From Podarcis pityusensis (Eukaryota), in assembly GCA_964106645.2 (NCBI GenBank), contig OZ067043.1: a stretch of DNA of 64,000 nt. The stretch is one strand, 5' to 3'. This document shows, piece by piece, positions 15,001-25,144 of the stretch (position 1 is the stretch's first letter; each line of letters opens with the position of its first letter). A program made the position numbers and the translations under genes. The notes beneath the pieces were generated by a model. That model worked only from the letters and a program-made list of their open reading frames with translations, searched no databases and had not been told where the DNA came from.

Positions 15001-16979
15001 AAGTATAGATAATGTGGCCACGTGACCCGGAAGTGTCTGCGGACAGCGCTGGCTCCTGGCCTATAAAGATGAGCGCACAACCCTAGAGTCTGGCAAGACT
15101 GGTCCGTACGGGCAGGGGTACCTTTACCTTTAATGTAGCCTTGATTACACACATTAGAGGTTTTTAATGTATTATTAAAGATTACACACTTTAACATACT
15201 ATTGGCAATTCATTTTCTAACATTTTATCCCTGAATAAATCTTTAAATTCTGATTTAGACTAATGCATTCAATTTTTTTTTGTCTGACTGTACAGATTAC
15301 TACTATTTTACTTGTGCCATATTTCTCAATTATTGGGAAAGCTCTTACATTTCATACTAAGAACATGTAGTTATTAGTTATTTCTCCTACTTGATAAAAA
15401 ATTTAAAAGCCATTTTGTGCACACACCCATTTTTTGCAGTTAAAAATTCTAGCTGAACATCTCGCAATGCATAATAATACAATCTGAGAGGTTCATAGGT
15501 AGCTGTCACTTGTAAGCAACTGTCTCAATGCCAAAAAAAATGTTCACTCATTCTTAAAATTACAAACTCTAGAATGAAATAGTATTTGGCATGCTAAAGA
15601 TAGTATTTTCTCTTTTTATATTTAGAATAATCATAGCAGCATGTCAAGCGCTATGTGAACACAATGCAAAAATAAGATATTCGATTACTGCTCATATTGC
15701 TCATTTATATGCAAGACCTGAAGCAACCTCCAATGTCAGACTAGTGTCCAATATCATTTTAGACATAGAGTTCAATGCCTTCCTTTCCTCAAGTGTCTCA
15801 GTGAGTGTATTTTGGGTTTCCCCTCCAATATTTACAAAAAGTCAGGCTTTTTTTGTTCCCATTTTATACACCATCTGTGTTATTAAGCTCTTTACAACCT
15901 AAGAATACTGTTCCTTTTTATTCTATTGTGATCAGGGGCTTTCCCCTTCTCGTCTGCATTTTGGCTCAGCTATTTGGTGCATATCTGATAAGCAACTGCA
16001 CACAGAACACAAATTACATTACAATCACAACTTCCCAGTTAAAGGCATACAAAATAGCTTTAATTAATTTATAAGACTTAAACAGATATTAAATATTTTA
16101 AAAACTTAAAAACCAAACCTAGCTTGAAACAGCAATTTAACAGCTTGTTCTAATGCAGACTGAGCATTTGTGTGTTCAAAACCATGGCTCCCTCTACATC
16201 ACCACACTCACCAGTGTATTACCTCATTATAGTTATTATTTGCATGCAACTTCTTTATTTTGACCAGAAAACATAACGTGACATAACAACATTTCAAAAA
16301 GAGACAACGCAAAAAGACATCTTTTAAAATAAAGGACCATATTTAAGCATTAAACATTCAGAATCCCAAATCCTATAGCCAAAATACTTTGGGAAGATAT
16401 GCCTCCCCATCTCCAACAACCATTAAGGGTGGTTTTGCTGGGTGCTTTTACCATTTGAAGTGCTCAAACCGGCCACACGCTAAGTCTGTGTGCTGGACAG
16501 TGGGCACAATACACTCTCCCATATATGAAAGACTAGGCTCGTCCAATTTTTCTTCATTGTTATTATCAGGAGTGCCAATATTTAACGGAGCTCATCATAC
16601 AGTAGATACCTGTTATATTTACATGTTCTTCATGCTTTAATCATTTGAAGTCAGAGGCAAAGTATCTCGAAGAGCAACCCTATCCTTTAAAACAACACGA
16701 TTAAGCTGCGCTACAAGAAAAGGGGGCTAGGAAGCAAATGTCTTTTTCCCCCCCCCCAAGCAACTTGGCAAAGCAAAGAGACACAACACAGGAACCGCAG
16801 CCAAGGCAGCAGCAGCACCTTGCACAGGACAGCGAGGCAAAACTTTAAAACAAACAAATAAATCGCTGGGTTGCTTCAGCGTCGGGCAGTTATCCCAAGC
16901 GCTCTGCCCTTCCTACCCAGCCAGTTGGTAACAAGCAGGAAGACGGAAGCTGCTGCTGCTTCTCGCTTCCAAAAAAAGA

Positions 16980-18320
16980 AAGAAAAGAAAAGAGCCACCT
17001 CGCCATGGCTGAGAGACGCACCACGAACGGCCAACAGAGGCAGACACCAGGCATCCATCCTCTCACCCGGGTCCCGACCAAAGCACAAGAGCGTCTCCCG
17101 CTCGCCCTCGTGTTAACGAAGCAGGAGACTTACCCGCTTGAAACTTACCAAGCCGGCAGGCGAAAGAGGGAGGGAGGGTGGCGATGCTGGCGGCGAGTTT
17201 CCCCCACCCACCGGTCCCCAAATTTACCTGAAGTTAACTCGCTGCCCCCGCCCCTCGCCTTCCTTTCCCACCCAGACTCGACAGCAACAGATCTTGAGCA
17301 AGGGAGGAGCAGAAACCACCGCACGGGTTTGGTTGGGGTCCCTCCAAAACGCGTCTGCTCCCGAGTGCCCGTGGAAAGGCGGGCAAGGCGAAATACACGT
17401 GAAAAGGGAAACAAGTTCCCTCCCTCGCGACGCACGCCGAGGGGGAATCAAATCCCACCCCCCACCCCCCACCAACAAACCAGGCAAAGCCGCCTTCTCA
17501 AAGTCCCCACTTCTCTTCCCTCCGGGCACCTTAAAAGTCCTGTGAAGATGAGGAGACGCGCGAAGAAGAGACCCGCAGAAACGCGGCGCCCCGAGGCAAT
17601 GATAATAATAACCTCTTCTTGCACTTTCCTCCTCTCCGCTCGCTCGCTCTCTCTCAACCGCCACCCGAGCCCCACGACGCCCCCCTGTGGAAGAGGCGCC
17701 CGAGAGAGAGGGCTGCCCCCTCGGCTGGCCGGTCTCCCGAGGCGGGGAATGGAAAAGGGGGAGAAAAGCAGGCGTCCCTCCTCACCCGTTTCACCCTCGC
17801 CGGCATATGCGGCAGTTGTTTCGCCCCACGTCTGAACGCAACTCACCGGAGGATTTGTGAGGGGAGGGGGGCGGAGAGAAAAAGGAGAAGGAGAAGGAGA
17901 GCCGAGCGTTGCCTTCTGCCCAGCGCCCCCCTCTCGCTCTCGCTCTCTCCTCCCCGCCTCACGCTCAGCTCGCGTCCGCCATTTTGATCTCTTGACTGGA
18001 TTTAAAATAGGAACCAGCCTCCTCAGAAGCAGCCGCCAGCTAGAGCCGGAGCCAGCCCGGCAAGCGCGTGGGCAGCTGGGATTTGTAGTTCAGCAGCCGC
18101 CGAAGGGACGTCGGGGTCCTGTGTTACTCCGCGACTGTACGTGGCCGAGCGGCGTCTCGTCTACGCCCGTTCCGCAAAGCCCTCTGGGATTTGTAGTCTC
18201 GCCCGTGAAGGCATCTTCGCGTTCCTTCCGCCGCTCCCTTCGACCGAAGCGCATCGCTTCTGCCTTGAAAGGAGCGAGCGTTACTTTTAACCACAGTGTG
18301 TGCGTGAATCGGAACAGAGC
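16980..18320. promoter_or_regulatory. CpG island promoter of a minus-strand gene (probably NCOA3)
   Basis: CpG-dense. Two ZNF143/SBS-type ACTACAAATCCCAG motifs on the minus strand (18076-18090 and 18184-18198). YY1-type AAAATGGCGG at 17976-17985. Confidence 0.85.
17847..18060 (-). other. NCOA3: Putative non-coding exon 1 of nuclear receptor coactivator 3
   Basis: The minus strand reads GGCGGCTGCTTCTGAGGAGGCTGGTTCCTATTTTAAA-N15-AAAATGGCGG, resembling my recollection of human NCOA3 exon 1 (GGCGGCTGC...CTGAG...TTTCCGATTTAAA-N14-AAAATGGCGG). There is a strong donor CCG|GTGAGT at 17846. A TRAM gene upstream of an NCOA gene mirrors the TRAM1-NCOA2 arrangement. Needs BLAST confirmation. Confidence 0.55.
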
Positions 18321-18973
18321 CGTGGTGATCCTGGATTTCTGCCCAATGTGAATAAAGTGGAGATCCAAATGTAGTGGGACAAAGATAAAATGCATCAAGG
18401 CCAGCAAATACTTCAATACTGGATTACTGCAATGTTGTCTATGTGGGGCTTCCCTTGCAGTTGACCCAGAAACTCTGTAATGCAGATGGTGCCTAAGAAG
18501 CAAGTTGTTCAGGTATTCCCCCTTGCTTCTACTATTGACCACCCAGAGCTAAAACAGGAGGATAGCTTCTTGTTTTACCCATTTGAGGAACAGAAGGACT
18601 TTTCGTATTATAGACATACCAGGCAAAAGTCAATGTATTCCCTCTGAACTGCTCGAGGCTAAATCAGATGCAGCTAATTGCTTCCAGTGGATTTAAGTTC
18701 TGTCTGTATGGACCGTGTTTTTAATCCAGTTACATATTATTACTGATTTTGAGCAAATTACTTGCCGCATGTCATTCTGTAAGGCAGTGGTTTTCAAACT
18801 TTTTTCTTCGTGCTACACTTCCAGAATAAAAATTTGCTCATGCCACACCATTTTTTTTATTGATACGAAATACAATGGAAGACAAAAAAGCCAAAAGTCC
18901 TAGCAGTGCTGCATTTTGAAAATATATCTATCCATATTCTGCAAATAAAAAGTTATTTTGATACTATACTATA

Positions 18974-19234
18974 CAGTAGAACCTCAGTTTGCGAACGTGA
19001 TCCATGTGGGAGGCATGTTCGCAACCCACAGCGTTCGCAACCCGCAGCACCGCGTCTGCGCAAGCACGGGTTGCAATTCAGCGCTTCTGCGCATGCGCAA
19101 AGCACAATTTAGTACTTCTGCACATGCACAAGCACCAAAACCCAGAAGTAACCTGTTCCAGTACTTCCAGGTTTGGCACGGTGCGCAATCCGAAAACAGG
19201 TAACCTGAAGCGTCTGTAACCCGAAGTACCACTG
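18974..19234. mobile_element. Tc1/mariner-type MITE nested in an older hAT-like relic
   Basis: TA-CAGTAGAACCTC...GTACCACTG-TA. Confidence 0.75.
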
Positions 19235-20069
19235 TACACTAAAATGTTTAAATGTTTCTTTGATTGTCCTTGAATCTTCTTGCCACACTTGCAATCTTCT
19301 CCTGCCACACCAGTGTGGCATACCACATGTGACCATAAGGCAAGCATAAGTCCCACTATTTATAACTTACTGATTGGAAATATAGTTACTTATTAGGTAT
19401 CATGGTGTGTTAAGGAGAAGTTATAGGCAGAAAGATGGTCACATGCAAGAAGAAACTAAATCATCTTCAAGATCAAATAAACAAATAAGGACCAAAATTC
19501 AGAAGTTGTTTTTAAGACTATCAGATAGCATCCTGTGCTGCTTACAACCAAAAAGTTATGCTTGCTCTTTGGCAAGTGAGACAAGTTATCTTATCCACAC
19601 GTGATGGCTTTGTCAGTATTAGAGTTTTAACACATATTTACTGGCCAGCTTCTAACAATGCACCCTGGAACAGAACTCTTGGACATTCGTCCAAAACTAG
19701 AACAAATTATATTACGTTAAGTCTTTTTCTCACTTCCTATCTGCTGCTAAGACACAGCTGGGAGCACACTGGAAAGAATAAACTCGCTCCACAATAACAA
19801 ATAATGTGATACAGTAGAATAGGAGAGCACTTACTTATGGAAAAAGATCCATCTAGGATCCTATTTGTGAAACTTTAGGACCACAACAAATTGCAAAACA
19901 AGCAGCACTTAGTACCCAACACCCTTTTATATCCCACACGGAAAATGCCCCTGACCACGTTCACCTAATAATTACTGAAACTATATTGTTAGCATCTTCT
20001 GTTTGGGGGTGCATTCCTTATATTTTAGAGATGTGAAGCTGAATTTTCTGTGTCCTTGCTTTCTTCTTG

Positions 20070-20330
20070 TTATTGTTGCTGCAATCCATCTGTCTCAGGG
20101 CACAATGGAATAGTGTGCTTGGGGGGGGAGGCAGTTACAGCACCTGCTGTGGCTGTAGAGACCAATACAGAAGAGACATGTTTTATTGCAGGTGGGGCGG
20201 GGGATGAAGGCACCTGGTTTTGCTGCTACATGTGCATTATGGTGTGTCTTCTCTCTGCATTCCTCCCAGTGATCATTTCTCCTCTGATCACTCCAAAATG
20301 GGCTCTCTGAAAACGCTTGCATGTAGAAAG
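20070..20330 (-). mobile_element. RTE (non-BovB) LINE 3' fragment
   Basis: Encodes CNKTCLFCIGLYSHSRCC, an RTE C-terminal motif; its tail CCATTGT...GAGACAGATGGA is shared with the 44375 element. Confidence 0.7.
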
Positions 20331-20403
20331 CAGGGGAAGCCCACTCCCCACCCCCAACCAAGCTCCCAAAATCCAGCAGCAAGAAGGAAAAGGCTACAGT
20401 AGT

Positions 20404-20930
20404 TATCTCCCACTTGGACTACTGCAATGCGCTCTACGTGGGGCTACCTTTGAAGGTGACCCAGAAACTCCATCTAATCCAGAATGATTAGATCCAGCTA
20501 GACTGGTGACTGGGAGCAGCCGCCGAGACCACATAACACTGGTCTTGAAAGACCTACATTGGCTCCTAGTATGTTTCCGAGCACAATTGAAAGTGTTGGT
20601 GCTGACCTTTAAAGCCCTAAACAGTCTCAGCCCAGTATACCTGAAGGGGTGTCTCCAACCCTATCATTCAGCCTGGACAGTGAGGGCCTTCTGGGAGAAG
20701 CGAAGTTACAGGGAACCAGGCAGGCCTTCTCGGCTGTGGCACCTGCCCTGTAGAACACCCTCCCATCAGATGTCAAGGAAATAAACTGTCTGATTTTAGA
20801 AGACATCTGAAGGCAGCCCTGTTTAGGGAAGTTTTTAAAGTCTGATGTTTTATTGTATTTTTAATATTTTGTTGGAAGCTGCCCAGAGTGGCTGGGGAAA
20901 CCCAGCCAGATGGGCGGGGTATTAATAATA
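20404..20930 (+). mobile_element. L2-type LINE 3' fragment with AAT-rich tail
   Basis: Encodes LDYCNALYVGLP...RDHITLVLKDLHWL..FRAQLKVLVLTFKAL. The tail GCTGGGGAAACCCAGCCAGATGGGCGGGGTA also occurs at 11160-11215 (-) and 22436-22480 (+). Confidence 0.85.
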
Positions 20931-21052
20931 CTAATAATAATAATAACATTATTATTATATTATTATTAAATTTTATTATTTATAATATTATAAATATTAT
21001 ATTATATATATATTATAATATTATTAAATATTATAATAACAACAACAACAAC
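20922..21052. repeat. AAT/ATT/AAC low-complexity microsatellite
   Basis: Almost purely A/T, partly self-complementary tract extending the L2 tail. Confidence 0.9.
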
Positions 21053-21099
21053 AGTGAGGCTCAGACTGAAAAATGAACCACGCACCAAAAAAATTCTCC

Positions 21100-21830
21100 C
21101 TCCGATAGGATTCTTTACGTGCGCAGAGTAGCGTCGCTGTATCCGGGAGCAACACGATGACGATGATATTTTTAAAATCCTAAATTATTAGCAGACACAA
21201 GTTAAGTGAAAGCAGCTCAACCGTGGACGGAAGTAGCGCCAAAGGACAGCGCTTGCTTGTGACAATAGCTTTTCTCTCTGAATCACGACACGAGGAGGGG
21301 AAAGGGGGGGGTTTCCCTCCAAACCTCCCCCCACCCCACCCCCCGAGAGCCCCTTCTCCTAAGGATGATAAGAGGGGAAATTTCCCGCTCGGTTTAGACG
21401 GGAGAGTCCGGCGTGGCCCCGCCCCTCTCTCCTCGCTCTGCCACCGAGGCAACGCCCGGAATGATGGACAGGAAGGCGGGCGGGCGGGCGGGCGGAGCAT
21501 GCGCCCTTGTGGGAACAACTCTTGACACAAGGCCCGCCCTACGCCCCGGTCACTCCACGCCGTCTCGCTCTCTCATAGGCCACACGGCACACGTTGCCGT
21601 GGTAGCCGGGTGGGGGCGGGCTGGTTGTTGGAAGCAGGCCGAGGGACGCGCGACGACGCTGCTAGGAAGTGTCCAGGGCAGCACGCGGCGGGGTGGTGGG
21701 ATTTGGGGGGGGGGGGGTTAGAACAAGCCGAGTCAAGGCAGCTGTGCGAAATAGATTGCCGAGTTTAAGACAGGCAGGGTGAGGCGGCCGCCTCGAGCAT
21801 CAGGATCCACATGTAGAGCCTTGTGGTGAC
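21100..21830. promoter_or_regulatory. Orphan CpG island with promoter-like motifs
   Basis: CpG-rich and not an evident TE. ETS-like CGGAAGT at about 21228, several GC boxes (GGCCCCGCCCC at 21415), RFX X-box-like GTTGCCGTGGTAGC at about 21593. Confidence 0.6.
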
Positions 21831-21924
21831 AGGAAAATAATAAACCGCATTCCGTTCTGGGGTTTTTCCCTCCATTGGTTTTGGGGGAGGAGAGAAAGGG
21901 AAAGTCCCATTCTGCTAGCAGGAG

Positions 21925-22146
21925 ACCTTCTTGTTGTTTAGTTGTGTCCGACTCTTCGTGACCCCATGGACCAGAGCACGCCAGGCCCTCCTGTCTTCCA
22001 CTGCCTCCCGCAGTTTGGTCAAACTCATGTTCGTAGCTTCGAGAACACTGTCCAGCCATCTCATCCTCTGTCGTCCCCTTCTCCTTGTGCCCTCCATCTT
22101 TCCCAACATCAGGGTCTTTTCCAGGGAGTCTTCTCTTCTCATGAGG
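21925..22146 (-). mobile_element. RTE-BovB LINE 3' fragment
   Basis: Encodes MRREDSLEKTLMLGKMEGTRRRGRQRMRWLD...ALVHGVTKSRTQLN, the BovB C-terminus. (CAA)n tail; 8-bp TSD AGCAGGAG (21917-21924 and 22147-22154). Confidence 0.9.
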
Positions 22147-22190
22147 AGCAGGAGCCCTAGCAAACTGCATTAGTTGGATCCATCCCATTT

Positions 22191-22432
22191 CAGTGGTACC
22201 TCAGGTTAAGTACTTAATTCGTTCCGGAGGTCCACTCTTAACCTGAAACTGTTCTTAACCTGAAGCACCACTTTAGCTAATGGGGCCTCCTGCTGCTGCC
22301 ACACCGCCGGAGCACAATTTCTGTTCTCATCCTGAAGCAAAGTTCTTAACCCGAGGTACTATTTCTGGGTTAGCGGAGTCTGTAACCTGAAGTGTATGTA
22401 ACCTGAAGCGTATGTAACCCGAGGTATCACTG
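22191..22432. mobile_element. MITE family A copy (reverse orientation)
   Basis: TIRs; TA present only on the right side. Confidence 0.85.
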
Positions 22433-22496
22433 TAGTTGGCTGGGGAAACCCAGCCAGATGGGCGGGGTATAAATAATAAATTATTATTATTCTGGG

Positions 22497-22532
22497 TATA
22501 AGCTTTCGTGTGCATGCACGCTTCTTCAGATA
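22497..22532 (-). ncRNA. Minimal (Penelope-type) hammerhead ribozyme motif
   Basis: The minus strand reads UAU-CUGAAGA-A-GCGUGCAUGCACAC-GAAA-GC-UU-AUA. It has the CUGANGA and GAAA core, stem II with one mismatch, palindromic AGCU stem III and a 3-bp stem I. Confidence 0.6.
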
Positions 22533-22595
22533 ACAAAGCTTATACCCAAGCTTATACGAAAGCATATACCCAGAACAAACTTACTTGGTCTCTAA

Positions 22596-22777
22596 CCCTG
22601 ATGTTGGGAAAGATGGAGGGCACAAGGAGAAGGGGACGACAGAGGACGAGATGGTTGGATGGTGTTCTTGAAGCTAACAGCATGAGTTTGACCAAGCTGT
22701 GGGAGGCAGTGAAAGACAGTAGTGCCTGGCGTGCTCTGGTCCATGGGGTCACAAAGAGTCAGACACGACTAAACAAC
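22596..22777 (+). mobile_element. RTE-BovB LINE 3' fragment
   Basis: Encodes LMLGKMEGTRRRGRQRTRWLD...HGVTKSQTRLN. Confidence 0.9.
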
Positions 22778-23958
22778 AAGGTGCTACTGGACAATTTAAA
22801 AAAAAAAAAAAATTATTTCAACTGCGTCAGACCCAACACGGCTACCTACCTGAATCTATCATCATCATCATCATCCAATGCTACACCAGTGGGGTTTCTC
22901 TGGGGCAATGGAACTTGCATTTCCTCCCATCTTCTTATGTACTCCCAAAATCATCTCTGCAGGGGTCCCTTCCCAGTGCCATTTTTTTATAGAAAAAGAG
23001 GTGCAGGGACTCACCATGGAATGCCTCCCTTGTTTTCTTAGAATGGCAATGGTGCCCACCTGAGAGGTCCAGGAATTCCAGTGAGATCCAGCTGGGGGAA
23101 AAAAGGCCCTGCCTTCAATCACAGGTCGAAGAGCAGAGAGAAATGTTGGCTGCTTTTTGACAGTTTACTGTCTGAGCATGCAGAGATTTATCCCAAAGTT
23201 AGCACTAAGCGCCACAGAGGTAAAAACACAGATAAGCTTGTCTCTGGCCTTAGTGCATAAGTTGCCAACTTTCTAGGCCGGTAAGGTATATTTGGAATTT
23301 TGAGAAATGACTGCCCTGGTGGTGTAGGATGGCACAAAATTCTTGCCACAGGCAAACGAGTGGAAAAGAGACATGGCCACAAAATGGTGGGTGTCCAGTG
23401 AAATGTGGGCTTGTTCAGTGTAAAAGAGGCAGAGCCAGTGCCTTGTGATTTTGAGGAGATACTTACTGAGACTTCATTGGCACCATAGGAGGTATTGGCA
23501 ACTTCTATGTTAGCGCTTGGATCTCCACATCTGACATGAAAATAGGTGAGTGTATAGCATGGCAGGCCTATTTGGAACATGGGCTCAAGGTTCCTTCCCC
23601 ACAACTAATATGTAGTTTTCTTTTGCTTCTTTACCTTTTAAAAACTTTGTAGTTATATAGACTTTAGATTGTGTAAAATCATTTAAGTGTTATATAGATA
23701 AGAGATATATATCTAACACTTAAATGATTTTACACAATAGATATAGCTATCAATAGTCAATTCGTTTTCCTGCATTTTTGACCTGCCTTTCTTCCATCCA
23801 TAGAATGCAAGGCAAGACATGTGCTCCTTAAGTGGTGTTGCATCCAGGGGCTGGCCTGACTGATTTGCATAGCTCCAGCAAAGTAGTATCCTCATGTGCT
23901 TTTGACAGTTTCCAGACCTTTGGTTTAAAAGAAAAAAAGACTTAAGAGTACAATCTTA

Positions 23959-24096
23959 GTTGTTGTTGTTGTTTAGTCGTGTCCAACTCTTCGTGACCTC
24001 TTGGACCAGAGCACGCCAGGCACTCCTGTCTTCCACTGCCTCCTGCAGTTTGGTCAAACTCATGCTGGTAGCTTCGAGAACACTGTCCAACCATCT
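23959..24096 (-). mobile_element. RTE-BovB 3' fragment
   Basis: (GTT)n tail plus the same sequence as the 21925 copy; a shorter piece also lies at about 49201-49250. Confidence 0.85.
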
Positions 24097-25144
24097 CCTA
24101 ATTGGAAATAATGCCCCTTGAACTCATTGTGGCTCATTTCTCATTACTGAAGCACAAATGTTAACTATGTCTGAGCACAGGGAAAACCAAAACTGGTTAT
24201 TATGGTTAACAATAGGTAACACATCTGCCAGCTGTAAATAATTTTTGCATATTTGTTCCACTTTGAACATTTTGTTTCAATTGAAGAGTAAGTTTATTAA
24301 TGTGTTAGTTCTTAGTTTATTGTTTTGTTTTGAATGATTTACAGAATTTTAATGGTATTTTTATTGATAAATTTGTTGTTTTATACTTTGAGTTTATTTT
24401 AAACAATCAAGTGGTGTATAAAATTTATGAAATAAATAACAGTCAACATACAGTGTAGAAGTTTTCCAAAATGGAAAGACTAATTTTCTGTTCTCACTCA
24501 CTTGCAGGTGTCTGTAACTACCATCACTTTTAGGCCTTTATTTTGTATTTGCACCAAGAACAAGGTGGTACCTGACTGGTGGGCAAGAAACATTTTCCTG
24601 TACCAGTCTTGCATAGAGTATGAGAAGTAATCATGTTATAGACTGGTTTCTTGCTCCCTTGTAAACTGCAGTTATGTATTTTTAGTTCATTTATATCCTG
24701 CCACAAACATTTGTTCGGAAGTATACAGAAACAGCAGCACAGGTTGCTAGATATGCAGCCAATCTCCAATTTTGCTCAAGCCCCCTTTCCAATCTTAAAA
24801 ACATTCAGCTCTTGTGCACACACAAATGAATAACATTCATGTGCATCATACAGGACTGAATAGGCGTTACACAAGTGTTGGGTTGTGTGCTCATGTAACA
24901 CAACTTACCACTTTGCAGCAATGCAGCTGTTTGCAGACTGCACTAATTCAGATATACAAGTTGGAATGCTCAAACAATGTTTTAAAAAACAGAAGCCCAC
25001 ATATACACCAGACACAGATTTCTCAAACACAAATTTCTCCATCTTCTCTCAGCTGGCAGTAAATCAGTGCCAAGCCACCTGTGCATCAAGTTCTCCCACA
25101 GCAATACTTCAACAGACTAAGTTTCAAAACTCAACAAAAGTATC

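Larger units (their letters stand above)
22490..22858 (+). mobile_element. Penelope-like terminal fragment interrupted by BovB
   Basis: Same family; split at TCTCTAA|GGTGCT by a BovB 3' piece (22596-22777). Confidence 0.7.

Noticed and set aside
1-16900. NCOA coding exons
   Set aside because: No bHLH-PAS-like sequence was seen; the short ORFs are TE-derived or random.
17005-18542. Long overlapping ORFs (276, 164 and 150 aa) in the CpG island
   Set aside because: These are low-complexity R/P/G/S ORFs expected from GC-rich DNA, with no recognisable domain.
22508-23041. 177-aa ORF
   Set aside because: Chance read-through of Penelope, BovB and microsatellite fragments.
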